Positions 10,582 through 20,995 of a stretch of 64,000 nt of DNA are shown here, in pieces. Both the position numbers and the translations under genes were made by a program. This DNA comes from an uncultured Atribacterota bacterium. Its GTDB lineage: Bacteria > Atribacterota > Phoenicimicrobiia > Phoenicimicrobiales > Stramentimicrobiaceae. Numbering within the stretch: the first letter of the stretch is position 1; each line of letters starts with the position of its first letter. The notes under the pieces were generated by a model that was not told where the DNA came from, ran no database searches, and worked only from the letters and a program-made list of their open reading frames with translations. Where the stretch lies: the NCBI GenBank assembly GCA_964636625.1, contig CAZWUL010000001.1, positions 20,534 to 84,533 on the forward strand, in the 5' to 3' direction.

Positions 10582-10824
10582 AAAATAAAAAAATAACTAT
10601 ATACTGGTAGATATTTAAAATAGGCAGCAATGAAATAAGTTTGAACGAAGATATTAATTATGTTATAATATATATTTGAATAATATAAAAAGAAGTATTT
10701 TATTGTAAATATTAGCGAGAAGTTTGCTAAACTAACTTAGCTATAAATAAAGATACTAAAATAATAATATTAATTTATTTGATTTTCAATATAAACATTA
10801 TAACAGAAAGAGAGAGTAACTATA

Positions 10825-11091
10825 ATGATCAAAAAAGAAGCTAAAGATAAAATAATAAAAAATTACCAGCATCATGAAAAAGATACTGGTTCAACAGAAG
10901 TACAAGTAGCCATCTTGACAGAGCAAATAAATAGTCTTACTCAACATTTAATACAAAACAAGAAAGACTCTCATTCCAAACATGGGCTATTAAAGATGGT
11001 TGGTAAAAGAAGAAATCTGCTTAACTATCTTAAAGATAATGATATTGAAAAATATCGAAAGTTAATCGGTCAACTAAATTTAAGAAAGTAA
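10825..11091 (+). CDS. rpsO: 30S ribosomal protein S15
   Basis: 88 aa with the typical S15 sequence (HLKxNKKDxxSRRGLLxxVGKRRxLLxYL). Confidence 0.95.
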   Translation: MIKKEAKDKIIKNYQHHEKDTGSTEVQVAILTEQINSLTQHLIQNKKDSHSKHGLLKMVGKRRNLLNYLKDNDIEKYRKLIGQLNLRK

Positions 11092-11113
11092 AAATTGATA
11101 ATTTTTACTTTCT
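11083..11113 (+). terminator. rpsO terminator/attenuator hairpin in the rpsO-pnp spacer
   Basis: Perfect 14-bp stem AGAAAGTAAAAATT/AATTTTTACTTTCT with a 3-nt loop. It overlaps the rpsO stop codon and is followed by a T-rich stretch. Confidence 0.6.
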
Positions 11114-11143
11114 TTCATATTAATTTAAGGAGAAAAGAAATTT

Positions 11144-13324
11144 ATGACGAATTCCGTTAATAGAAAAACTGAAATTAAAATTGGGGATAAAAACATCACC
11201 ATAGAAACAGGTAAACTTGCAAAACAGGCTAATGGTTCTGTGTTGCTCACCTGTGGCGAAACAGTTGTACTTGTTACAGCGGTTGCTTCTAAGGAGCCAC
11301 GGGAGGGCATAGATTTTTTCCCTTTACTGGTAGATTATGAGGAAAAATTTTATGCCGCAGGCAAAATACCTGGTGGGTTTTTTAAGCGGGAGGGAAAGCC
11401 CAGCGAAAATGCTGTTTTAACCTCAAGACTAATAGATAGACCATTAAGACCTTTATTCCCTGAGGATTATCATAATGATGTACAGATAATAACATCTGTT
11501 TTATCTTATGATCAAACAAATCTTCCGGACATTATTTCAATAATTGGCGCTTCCTGCGCCCTTTATATTTCAGATATACCTTTCGAAAAACCAATTGCAG
11601 CTGTTAGAATGGGATACTTGAATGGAGAATATATAACCAATCCAACAGTGCAAGAGATAAAAGAATGTCAGCTTAATATCATAGTAGCCGGAACTAAGGA
11701 TTCTGTTATTATGTTAGAAGGGGAAGCAAGAGAATTATCAGAGGAAGAGATATTAATCGCTATCGAGAAAGCACAAGCTGAAATCAGCAAAATTGTAGAT
11801 ATGCAAATACAATTTGCAGAAGATATTAAAGGTGAGAAAAAAATTGAAAAGATTTGGCAACCTGACAAATTGTTGTTAGAAGAAAAAGAAAAACATTATC
11901 ATATTGTAAAAGAAAATTATAGTGAGAAGATTGAAAATGCTTTAACTATATTTGACAAGACAGAAAGAGAAGACAATTTAAATGTAATATTAGATGAAAT
12001 ACTTGCTTATTATGAAGAAAATGAAGTAGAAAAAGAATCTAAATCTAATAGTGCATTAATAAAAAGCATATTTGATACTCTTTGTAAAGAGATTATGAGA
12101 AGAATTATAATTGAAAAAGAAACACGCCTGGATAGGCGAAAAATAGATGAAGTAAGACCTATACAATGCGAAACAGGTATTTTACCAAGAGTACATGGTA
12201 GTGCTCTTTTTACCAGAGGACAAACCCAGGCTTTAGTAATTACTACTCTTGGGTCTGTAAGAGATGAACAATCAATTGATACATTAGAAGAAGATAGTTC
12301 TCGTAAGTTCTACCTGCATTATAATTTTCCACCTTTTTCAGTAGGCGATGTTAAACCAAGAAGGTCTCAATCAAGAAGAGAAATAGGTCATGGAGCTTTA
12401 GCCGAGAAAGCTATCAAGGCTCTACTTCCTGATGAAACTGATTTTCCTTATACAATTAGGGTTGTGTCTGAAATATTGGAATCGAACGGTTCTTCTTCAA
12501 TGGCAACTGTTTGCGGTACCAGCATGTCATTGATGGACGCAGGCGTTCCTATAAAAAAACCAATTGCAGGTGTAGCGCTTGGCCTTGTAAAAGAGAAGGA
12601 TGATTATAAAATACTAACTGATATTTTAGGAATTGAAGATCATTATGGAGATATGGACTTTAAAGCTGCAGGTTCAAAGGATGGCATTACTGCTATTCAA
12701 ATGGATTTAAAAATAGATGGGGTATCTCTTGATATTCTCAAGGATATAATTGAGCGTTCCAAAGAGGGACGATTATATATTCTTGAAAGAATGAATCAGG
12801 TTATAGAAAAACCAAGAGAAGAACTTTCCAACTATGTTCCAAAAATTTTTATAATGAAGGTGAGTCCTGACAAAATAGGTTGTGTTATTGGTCCCAGCGG
12901 AAAAAATATAAAGAAAATCATTGAAGAAAGCGATACTAATATTGATATAAAAGACAATGGTGAAATATTTATAACTGCTGATGATATTGAAAAAATAGAA
13001 AAAGCAAAATATCTTATAGAAGGATTAGTAAGGGAAGTAAAAGCCGGGGAAATTTACAATGGAAAAGTAAAAAGAATTACTAAATACGGTGCCTTTGTAG
13101 AAATATTACCAGGGGTGGAAGGTCTCTTACATATATCTAATTTATCACATTATCATGTTGATAAAGTTGAAGATGTGATAAAAATGGATGATGAATTTCA
13201 GGTTAAGGTAATAGGTGTTGATCAGCAAGGGAAGATTGATCTTAGCAAAAAAGATCTAAGTCCAAAACCAAATCGAAACGACAACTACCATAAACGTTCC
13301 CAAAATAAATCTGTACATAGATAA
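11144..13324 (+). CDS. pnp: Polynucleotide phosphorylase (polyribonucleotide nucleotidyltransferase)
   Basis: Two RNase PH domains, KH and S1 domains, 726 aa. Follows rpsO. Confidence 0.95.
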   Translation: MTNSVNRKTEIKIGDKNITIETGKLAKQANGSVLLTCGETVVLVTAVASKEPREGIDFFPLLVDYEEKFYAAGKIPGGFFKREGKPSENAVLTSRLIDRPLRPLFPEDYHNDVQIITSVLSYDQTNLPDIISIIGASCALYISDIPFEKPIAAVRMGYLNGEYITNPTVQEIKECQLNIIVAGTKDSVIMLEGEARELSEEEILIAIEKAQAEISKIVDMQIQFAEDIKGEKKIEKIWQPDKLLLEEKEKHYHIVKENYSEKIENALTIFDKTEREDNLNVILDEILAYYEENEVEKESKSNSALIKSIFDTLCKEIMRRIIIEKETRLDRRKIDEVRPIQCETGILPRVHGSALFTRGQTQALVITTLGSVRDEQSIDTLEEDSSRKFYLHYNFPPFSVGDVKPRRSQSRREIGHGALAEKAIKALLPDETDFPYTIRVVSEILESNGSSSMATVCGTSMSLMDAGVPIKKPIAGVALGLVKEKDDYKILTDILGIEDHYGDMDFKAAGSKDGITAIQMDLKIDGVSLDILKDIIERSKEGRLYILERMNQVIEKPREELSNYVPKIFIMKVSPDKIGCVIGPSGKNIKKIIEESDTNIDIKDNGEIFITADDIEKIEKAKYLIEGLVREVKAGEIYNGKVKRITKYGAFVEILPGVEGLLHISNLSHYHVDKVEDVIKMDDEFQVKVIGVDQQGKIDLSKKDLSPKPNRNDNYHKRSQNKSVHR

Positions 13325-13345
13325 TTTAGAAAATTTTAGAAATAA

Positions 13346-13828
13346 TTGTTGATAATGAATAAAGAAATAGAACAAATAAAAGTCAAAGTAGAGAAAGATA
13401 AAGGTTGTGATGATTTACCTTTACCTAAAGCAGCCAGTCAATATGCCTCAGGAATAGACTTGTTTTCTGCTGAGCAAAAAGAAGTAATAATCAATAAAGG
13501 TGAGGTAAAATTAGTTTCAACAGGCATAAAAATAGCCTTACCGATAGGCTTTGAAGCACAGGTCAGACCCAGGAGTGGATTAGCCTATCGTTATGGTATA
13601 ACTGTCCTTAATACACCAGGAACAATCGATTCTGATTACCGTGGTGTTATAAAAATAATTCTAATAAATCATGGTAAGGAAAGGTTTGCTATTAACCGAG
13701 GGGATAGAATTGCACAATTGGTGATACAAAAAATATACCAACCAGTTTTAGTTGAAACTGATAAATTAGATGATACCAAACGAGGCATTGGTGGTTTTGG
13801 ACACACCGGAATAAAGGCAAATAATTAA
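13346..13828 (+). CDS. dut: dUTP diphosphatase
   Basis: dUTPase motifs (RSGLA, GTIDSDYRG, RIAQL), 160 aa. Confidence 0.9.
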   Translation: MLIMNKEIEQIKVKVEKDKGCDDLPLPKAASQYASGIDLFSAEQKEVIINKGEVKLVSTGIKIALPIGFEAQVRPRSGLAYRYGITVLNTPGTIDSDYRGVIKIILINHGKERFAINRGDRIAQLVIQKIYQPVLVETDKLDDTKRGIGGFGHTGIKANN

Positions 13829-13863
13829 TAGATAACAATAATACTAAATAAAAGTATTATTCA

Positions 13864-14709
13864 TTGGGAAGAAAAGTAAGGAAGCCAATGCATTATGTTA
13901 TTTTAGGTTTAGTTCAAGGATTAACCGAGTTCCTTCCGGTAAGCAGTTCCGGTCACCTGGTAATAGTTCAGTATTTATTGGGTTTACAGATACCCGGTGT
14001 CGCTTTTGAAACATTTGCACATTTTGGAACCCTTTTAGCTGTTATTTTTCTCTTTAGACATGATATTAAGTTCATTATTATTGATTTTTGTAAAAGTTTA
14101 AAAACAATTTATAAAAGGAAATTATTTTTAAAATATATTAATAAAAATCCGCAATCTAAATTTGGCTGGTTATTGCTAATTAGTACTATACCAGGAGCTT
14201 TAACCGGTTATTATTTTGAATCTACTTTTGAAAAACTCTTTGGAAATCCAGCTATTGTCTCTTTAATGCTTGTAGTAACCGGGATATCTCTTTTTATTAC
14301 AGATAAGTTTCTAATAAAAGGCAGTAAGGGAATGAAGGGGATCACTTTTATCGATGCTATTTTTATTGGCTTTGCGCAGGCATTTGCAATAATTCCTGGT
14401 ATCTCGCGCTCAGGTTTTACCATAATGATGGCTCTTAGTAGAAACGTAAAGCGCGAATTTGCAGCTAAATACTCTTTTATTTTATCAGTTCCAATTATTG
14501 TTGGAGCAACATTATTTAAAATTAAAGACATATATAATCTTGATATTAGCATAAATTTGTTAATTTTATCTGGGTTGGCTGCTTTTTTATCCGGTTATTG
14601 GGCTATGCTTTTTTTTATAAAAATGCTTGTGAAACACCAACTAAGAATTTTTAGCTATTATCTCTGGATTATTGGCATAACTACATTTTTGTTTTATTTA
14701 GCAAATTAA
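13864..14709 (+). CDS. uppP: Undecaprenyl-diphosphatase UppP/BacA
   Basis: Multi-TM protein with the SRSG and PGxSRSG motifs of the BacA family. Confidence 0.85.
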   Translation: MGRKVRKPMHYVILGLVQGLTEFLPVSSSGHLVIVQYLLGLQIPGVAFETFAHFGTLLAVIFLFRHDIKFIIIDFCKSLKTIYKRKLFLKYINKNPQSKFGWLLLISTIPGALTGYYFESTFEKLFGNPAIVSLMLVVTGISLFITDKFLIKGSKGMKGITFIDAIFIGFAQAFAIIPGISRSGFTIMMALSRNVKREFAAKYSFILSVPIIVGATLFKIKDIYNLDISINLLILSGLAAFLSGYWAMLFFIKMLVKHQLRIFSYYLWIIGITTFLFYLAN

Positions 14710-16934
14710 TGTTTAAAGGTAAAAAAATGGCAAAGAATAGCAAAAAAAACTATTCAATAAGAAAAAGAGTCATAGGTATCATTATTATTTCGCTTGCTGT
14801 TTATTATTTATTTGCGTTGATATTTCCTGCAAATAATTTCATTTTTATCAATTCCGTTACTTATCACTTAAACCAGCTATTTGGTATCGGAAAATATTTC
14901 ATCTTTTTATTTCTAGTGGCAGAAGGTCTAAGCTTATTATTTAATATTCGTTTCCATAATTATTACAATAAGTTATTTGGTATTACTGCTTTATTGTTGA
15001 TTATACTGGCTTTTTTACATCTTAGGTTAATATTTTTAGAGCATGCTTACTTGCTGGCAAAAAATGGGGCAGGAGGTGGGCTATATGGCTTTTATCTGTC
15101 AAGATATCTTTATAGTTATTTTGGCTTAACAGGTGCTTACCTGTTTTTAATTGCACTGGGTTTAATATCTATTTTATTTATTACTGATGTTTCTTTTGTT
15201 TATGCCATATGTTTTTTCTTTAGAAAAATGTATTATATTATCAGTAGTGCTATTTCTGGTATTAAAGAAAAACAAACCAGTTTACAGAAAACAGTAAAAA
15301 GAGAAAACCAGGATAAAAATATTGTCATATATTCAAATAACGAAGAAAAAACAAAAAAAAGACTGGAGCCAATTTTCAGTAAAAAATCTAATTCTAAAGA
15401 AAAAAAGGCATCTGCTGCAAATACACAGGAGGAAATTAATTTTTCACCAAGAGAATACAACAATAAGAAGAAAAAAGAAGTCGGTTGTGAATACGAAATA
15501 CCTCCAATTGATTTATTACAAGGGGTTCAAAAAGAATTCAGGGCTAAAGGACAAGAAAAAATAAAGAATAATATTACTTTATTGCAAAAAACTTTAGATA
15601 ATTTTGGTATTCAGGGAGAGGTAATAGGGGCCACTCAGGGTCCTACAGTTACAAGATATGAGATTCAGCCGGCACCGGGTGTTAAAGTATCAAAAATTAC
15701 TAATCTAAGCAATGATATTGCCCTGGCCTTTGCTGCAGCTTCTGTCAGAATTGAAGCACCTATTCCTGGCAAAAATGCTATTGGGATTGAAGTTCCTAAT
15801 AGAGAAAAAGATACAGTATTATTAAGAGAAATTATAGAATCAAATGAATTTCAAGATAATTCATTAATTTTACCTATAGCTCTTGGAAAAGATATTGGTG
15901 GGAAGAACATTATTGCAGATTTAGTTGATTTACCGCATTTACTCATTGCAGGCTCTACTGGCTCAGGAAAGAGCGTGTGTCTTAATTCAATTATTTTAAG
16001 TTTAATTTATCGTTTTGGTCCTGAAATGGTTAGATTCCTTATGGTTGACCCAAAAAGAGTTGAGCTAAATGTATACAATGGTATTCCGCATCTGGTTATT
16101 CCAATTATTACTGATACGAAAAAAGTAGACAAAGTATTAAATTGGGCTATCTCTGAGATGGAAAACAGATTTAAAATATTCGCCGAAGTTGGGGTACGAA
16201 ATTTGAAGGGATATCATGAATATATAAAGAGTGTTAAGGCGGATGAAAAGCCTCTACCATATATAGTTATTATTATTGATGAATTAGCTGACTTAATGAT
16301 GTCCTCACCGGTCAAAATAGAGGAAGCATTGTGCAGGTTAGCTCAAATGACCAGAGCAACCGGCATTCATTTGATTATTGCTACCCAGAGACCATCTGTA
16401 GATATCATCACAGGTTCAATAAAGATAAATTTCCCATCACGAATTGCTTTTGCAGTATCAACACAGGTTGATTCCAGAACTATTCTGGATGTAAATGGAG
16501 CGGAAAAATTATTAGGTAATGGTGATATGCTGTTTTCTCCAATAAATGCTTCAAAACCGATACGTGCCCAGGGTTCTTTTGTTTCAGAGAGAGAAATTAA
16601 AAATATTGTTTCTTTTTTAGAAAAAAATGGTCCTGCTCCAGAATATCAAGAAAATATCCTTAATCATAAAAAAGGGTATAATGGAGAAATAGGGGAAGAA
16701 GAAAACGAAGAAGATGAATTGTTTGAGGATGCTGTGGATACTATTATCAATAATAATCAGGCATCTATATCAATTCTACAAAGGAAGTTGAGAATTGGTT
16801 ATACCAGAGCTGCTCGATTAATTGATATGATGGAAAAGAAGGGGATGGTTGGCCCATATGACGGGAGAAATCCCAGGAAAATATTACTTTCAAAAGATGA
16901 TTATCTCTCAAGAAAAACTATTGAAAATGAATAG
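14709..16934 (+). CDS. ftsK: DNA translocase FtsK/SpoIIIE
   Basis: N-terminal TM segments, Lys-rich linker, Walker A GSTGSGKS, motor domain and C-terminal gamma wHTH. Confidence 0.9.
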   Translation: MFKGKKMAKNSKKNYSIRKRVIGIIIISLAVYYLFALIFPANNFIFINSVTYHLNQLFGIGKYFIFLFLVAEGLSLLFNIRFHNYYNKLFGITALLLIILAFLHLRLIFLEHAYLLAKNGAGGGLYGFYLSRYLYSYFGLTGAYLFLIALGLISILFITDVSFVYAICFFFRKMYYIISSAISGIKEKQTSLQKTVKRENQDKNIVIYSNNEEKTKKRLEPIFSKKSNSKEKKASAANTQEEINFSPREYNNKKKKEVGCEYEIPPIDLLQGVQKEFRAKGQEKIKNNITLLQKTLDNFGIQGEVIGATQGPTVTRYEIQPAPGVKVSKITNLSNDIALAFAAASVRIEAPIPGKNAIGIEVPNREKDTVLLREIIESNEFQDNSLILPIALGKDIGGKNIIADLVDLPHLLIAGSTGSGKSVCLNSIILSLIYRFGPEMVRFLMVDPKRVELNVYNGIPHLVIPIITDTKKVDKVLNWAISEMENRFKIFAEVGVRNLKGYHEYIKSVKADEKPLPYIVIIIDELADLMMSSPVKIEEALCRLAQMTRATGIHLIIATQRPSVDIITGSIKINFPSRIAFAVSTQVDSRTILDVNGAEKLLGNGDMLFSPINASKPIRAQGSFVSEREIKNIVSFLEKNGPAPEYQENILNHKKGYNGEIGEEENEEDELFEDAVDTIINNNQASISILQRKLRIGYTRAARLIDMMEKKGMVGPYDGRNPRKILLSKDDYLSRKTIENE

Positions 16935-17108
16935 TTAGAAGAAAATAATAATTAAGGACATATTTTATTGAAATAAAAAAAATAACGTATTATTATATTA
17001 TTAATAATATTATTAATAAATATTTCAATCTGATTTTTTAAACTTTTGAAAGGAGGGTTCGTTTCTTCTTAGTATTGTTTATTTTTTTACTGTAAATAAT
17101 TTATAAAA

Positions 17109-18182
17109 ATGAAAGGGGACAATGAAATGAAAATATATTCAAGAAAAAGGATAATGATAATTACAATAATTGTATTATTATTAGTCAATCTAAGCATGTC
17201 CTGTGTAGCAGAAAGCGCTTTAAATGTTGGTCTGGTTTTCGATATCGGAGGTAAGGGCGATAAATCATTCAACGATTCAGCATCACGAGGATTATCATGG
17301 GCTGCAAACGATTTTGGAATTAAAAGAATTGAGCTTGAACCCGGAGCTGATGCAGACAGAGAAGTAAATTTAAGAAATTTATCTGCTATTGGCTATGATT
17401 TTATTATTGGAGTTGGATTTTTATTTGAAGATAGCATTAAGACAGTTTCGGATGAATTTCCAGATACTAAATATGCTATTGTTGATAGTTTTATTCCCGA
17501 AAAACCTAATGTTGTTTCCCTGACTTTTGCCGAACATGAGGGTTCCTTCCTGGTAGGTATGATAGCCGGACTGAAGGCACTTCAGGACGGTGAGGATACT
17601 GTTGGATTTATAGGTGGTATGAAAACATCCTTGATAGAGAGATTTGAAGCCGGTTATATTGCAGGTGTTAAACATGTTTATCCGGACTGTAGACTACTAT
17701 CAGCATATGCTGGGGATACACCTACCGCTTTTGCTGATCCAGTAAAAGGTAAGGAATTGGCATTGTCTCAATATGATAACGGGGCACATGTTATTTTTCA
17801 TGCATCAGGCTTAACAGGTGCAGGTGTATATGAAGCCGGGAAAGAAAGAAAGAAATATATAATTGGAGTAGATTCTAATCAGAACTACATGGGATTTATA
17901 GAAGAAACAGGTGAAAATTTTGGATTGACCAGTATGTTAAAACAGGTTGACGTCGCTGTCTATTTAGCAATAAAGTCAGCAGTTGATGGAAACTTTGAGT
18001 CTGGTCTAAAAGTTTATGATTTGTCTACCCAGGTAGAGATTGACGGTGTTAATTACAATGGTGTAGGATATGCTTTAGACGAATACAATAAAAACTTAAT
18101 TACTGAAGAAATGATTCAGAAGGTAGAAGATGCCAAACATCAAATCATCAATGGAGATATCGTAGTACCCGCAGAGCTGTAG
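17109..18182 (+). CDS. BMP-family (basic membrane protein/Med) ABC transporter substrate-binding lipoprotein
   Basis: Signal peptide with a Cys (LSMSC) and the BMP/PnrA-like family pattern, followed by ABC ATPase and permeases. Confidence 0.8.
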   Translation: MKGDNEMKIYSRKRIMIITIIVLLLVNLSMSCVAESALNVGLVFDIGGKGDKSFNDSASRGLSWAANDFGIKRIELEPGADADREVNLRNLSAIGYDFIIGVGFLFEDSIKTVSDEFPDTKYAIVDSFIPEKPNVVSLTFAEHEGSFLVGMIAGLKALQDGEDTVGFIGGMKTSLIERFEAGYIAGVKHVYPDCRLLSAYAGDTPTAFADPVKGKELALSQYDNGAHVIFHASGLTGAGVYEAGKERKKYIIGVDSNQNYMGFIEETGENFGLTSMLKQVDVAVYLAIKSAVDGNFESGLKVYDLSTQVEIDGVNYNGVGYALDEYNKNLITEEMIQKVEDAKHQIINGDIVVPAEL

Positions 18183-18195
18183 AGTTAGGAATATT

Positions 18196-18254
18196 TGGTC
18201 ATCATTAATGCATTTATATGCTTAATTGCAAATAAAATGTATTAATGATGACCA
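18196..18254 (+). terminator. Strong intra-operon hairpin between the SBP and ATPase genes (partial terminator/attenuator)
   Basis: 19-bp inverted repeat TGGTCATCATTAATGCATT...AATGTATTAATGATGACCA with one mismatch and a 21-nt loop, followed by a T-rich tract. Confidence 0.55.
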
Positions 18255-18296
18255 TTGTATTTATTTAATTATTAATTTATATAAAAAGGAAAAAAA

Positions 18297-19835
18297 TTGG
18301 CTGAATATCTATTGGAAATGAAAAATATATCAAAGCGTTTCCCGCTGGTGCAGGCTAATGATAATGTAAAATTTAATGTCGAAAAAGGGGAAATACATGC
18401 CCTTGTTGGTGAAAACGGTGCCGGGAAAAGTACCTTGATGAGTATCCTCTATGGATTATACCAGGCTGATGAGGGTGAGATATTTATAAATAAGAAGAAG
18501 ATAGAAATTACTAACCCCAATAAAGCAATTGAATTAAAAATCGGCATGGTTCATCAGCACTTTATGCTAGTTCCACCTTTAACTATTGCAGAAAATGTTA
18601 TTCTGGGGATGGAGCCCAGGAGAAAGTATTTTTTTATTGATATAAAAAAGGCTGCCTTAGAAATAAAGGAGTTATCTGAAAAATTCGGATTTAAAATTGA
18701 TCCCTGGGCAAGAATAGAAGATGTTTCTGTTGGGATTGAACAAAGAGTTGAGATAATAAAAGTGCTCTATCGAGGAGCAGAAATATTAATTTTAGATGAG
18801 CCCACCGCTGTTTTAACACCCCAGGAAGTTGATGAATTATTTAAGATATTACGTTCTTTAAAAAAAGAGGGGAAAACTATTATTTTTATTACCCATAAGC
18901 TTAATGAAGTAATGGCAGTTTCTGACAGGGTTACCGTAATGAGAAATGGCAAAGTAGAAGGAACCATAAAAACAGCCAAAACTTCCATTTCAGAAATAGC
19001 CAACTTGATGGTTGGTCGAGATGTTCTTCTGAAAACAAAAAAAGAGGAGCAAAAAACCGGAAAAACTGTCTTATCAATAGAAAATATCAATCTTCTGAAT
19101 AGTAACAATTTTCCGATACTAAGAGATATTAATTTATCGGTTGATGAAGGACAAATACTTGGGATTGCCGGTGTGGAGGGTAATGGACAGACAGAATTAG
19201 TTGAAACGATTACAGGGCTTAGAAATGTTAACAGTGGTAAAATATTTTTATACGGGAAAGATATTACTAATTTAAGCCCAAGAAAAATCAGAGAATTAAA
19301 TATTGCACATATTCCGGAAGACAGGTGGAAACGTGGAGTAATATTAGAATATTCAATTGCTGATAATCTTATTTTAGGCAGTCATTATAGAGCACCTTTT
19401 AATAAGGGAATAGCCCTTAATTTTTCAGATATAGATAAACATGCTGAAAAACTAATTTCTGAATACGATATTCGTCCTACTGATAAAGATAATTTATTAA
19501 AATCACTATCCGGTGGAAATCAACAAAAGGTAATTGTAGCCAGGGAATTTTATGGAAATCCTATTCTTCTTATTGCCTCTCAACCTACCAGGGGTTTAGA
19601 TGTTGGTTCTATTGAATTTGTTCATTGGCAGTTATTAGAGGCAAGAAGAAATGGGAAAGCCATTGTATTAGTTTCAGCAGAACTTGATGAGATACTCTCT
19701 TTAAGCGACAAAATAGCAGTAATTTACGGGGGTCGTATCGTAGAGGTAATGGATACCAAAGATGCTGAAAGAAGAAAAATAGGATTGCTTATGACTGGTG
19801 CTAACCAGGAGAAAAAACAAAAAGAGAAGGAATGA
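18297..19835 (+). CDS. ABC transporter ATP-binding protein with duplicated ATPase domains (nucleoside/sugar type)
   Basis: Two Walker A/ABC signature sets (GENGAGKST...; LSGGNQQK), 512 aa. Confidence 0.85.
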   Translation: MAEYLLEMKNISKRFPLVQANDNVKFNVEKGEIHALVGENGAGKSTLMSILYGLYQADEGEIFINKKKIEITNPNKAIELKIGMVHQHFMLVPPLTIAENVILGMEPRRKYFFIDIKKAALEIKELSEKFGFKIDPWARIEDVSVGIEQRVEIIKVLYRGAEILILDEPTAVLTPQEVDELFKILRSLKKEGKTIIFITHKLNEVMAVSDRVTVMRNGKVEGTIKTAKTSISEIANLMVGRDVLLKTKKEEQKTGKTVLSIENINLLNSNNFPILRDINLSVDEGQILGIAGVEGNGQTELVETITGLRNVNSGKIFLYGKDITNLSPRKIRELNIAHIPEDRWKRGVILEYSIADNLILGSHYRAPFNKGIALNFSDIDKHAEKLISEYDIRPTDKDNLLKSLSGGNQQKVIVAREFYGNPILLIASQPTRGLDVGSIEFVHWQLLEARRNGKAIVLVSAELDEILSLSDKIAVIYGGRIVEVMDTKDAERRKIGLLMTGANQEKKQKEKE

Positions 19836-19858
19836 TGGTATAGAATAGGGGGATTCTC

Positions 19859-20995
19859 TTGAATAATAAAAAACATGGCAATGCTACTCAATTATCTTAT
19901 TATATTTTAGAAAAAATAACTCCTATTATTGCAATTTTAGGAGCATTATTTCTTGGCTCAATTGTTATTTTACTAATGGGAGAAGACCCGATTAATGTTT
20001 ATAGGATGATGTTTGGGTTTGCAATTGGGAATCGCGATGGCTGGGGAAATGTCCTTTTTAGAGCTACTCCTTTAATATTTACCGGTTTAACCGTTGCTTT
20101 TGCTTTTCGTTGTGGATTGTTTAATATTGGAGGGGAAGGACAGGTTTATGTAGGTGCGTTTTTTGCTGCCTATATTGGTTTTTCTCTTACTAATCTTCCT
20201 GCAATTATATTATTGCCGTTAACTATAATCGCAGCTGCTATAGGAGGAGCATTTTGGGCATCTATACCGGGTATTTTAAGAGCAAAAACCGGTGTTCATG
20301 AAGTAATTGTAACTATTATGATGAATTGGATTGCTGCATCGTTTACTTTTTATTTAGCCTTGGTGTATAAAGCACAGCCAACAGAAGAAATGAAAGCAGC
20401 AGGTGTTCAGCAAATGATTCCCCATACCGAAGAAATAGCCGAAGCCGCCAGATTACCAAGAGTTGCAACAATATTATCATCTTTGAATATTTCTTTCCCT
20501 TCCCATAATCCTTTGAATATGTCATTTTTTATCGCAATTGCTGCTGCTTTTGTGGTATATTATATACTATGGAAAACAAGCTTAGGTTATGAAATAAGAG
20601 CAGTCGGCCATAATCCAATGGCTTCCGAATATGCAGGAATAAATATTGCGAAGAATATTATAATAGCAATGATGATAAGTGGAGCACTTGCAGGATTAGT
20701 TGCGACAAACGAAGTAATGGGTTATTCATTTAGATGGAGACAGGAACTTTTTACTAACATGGGGTTTAATGGTATCGCAGTGGCATTATTAGGTAAAAAC
20801 CATCCCTTGGGAGTAGTATTGGCAGCTATACTTTTTGGAATCCTTTCTTACGGGGGTGCCCTTGTTAATATATTTACGGCAGGTAAAATACCACGCGAAC
20901 TTATAATTGTTATACAGGCTGTTATTGTTATTTTGGTAGTGGTAGCTGATGAAATTGTTAAACGGTTTATTATTAAAAGGAAAATACAATTATGA
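19859..20995 (+). CDS. ABC transporter permease
   Basis: Multi-TM protein of the BPD/branched-chain-type permease family, next to the ATPase. Confidence 0.8.
   Translation: MNNKKHGNATQLSYYILEKITPIIAILGALFLGSIVILLMGEDPINVYRMMFGFAIGNRDGWGNVLFRATPLIFTGLTVAFAFRCGLFNIGGEGQVYVGAFFAAYIGFSLTNLPAIILLPLTIIAAAIGGAFWASIPGILRAKTGVHEVIVTIMMNWIAASFTFYLALVYKAQPTEEMKAAGVQQMIPHTEEIAEAARLPRVATILSSLNISFPSHNPLNMSFFIAIAAAFVVYYILWKTSLGYEIRAVGHNPMASEYAGINIAKNIIIAMMISGALAGLVATNEVMGYSFRWRQELFTNMGFNGIAVALLGKNHPLGVVLAAILFGILSYGGALVNIFTAGKIPRELIIVIQAVIVILVVVADEIVKRFIIKRKIQL

Noticed and set aside
15322-15564. Lys/Arg-rich 80-aa ORF inside ftsK in another frame
   Set aside because: Produced by the A-rich linker region of ftsK. 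No start context and not conserved.
16934-17109. Considered a purine or nucleoside riboswitch ahead of the BMP transporter
   Set aside because: The leader lacks the conserved purine-riboswitch junction and loop motifs. Only an AT palindrome is present, and that is reported separately.
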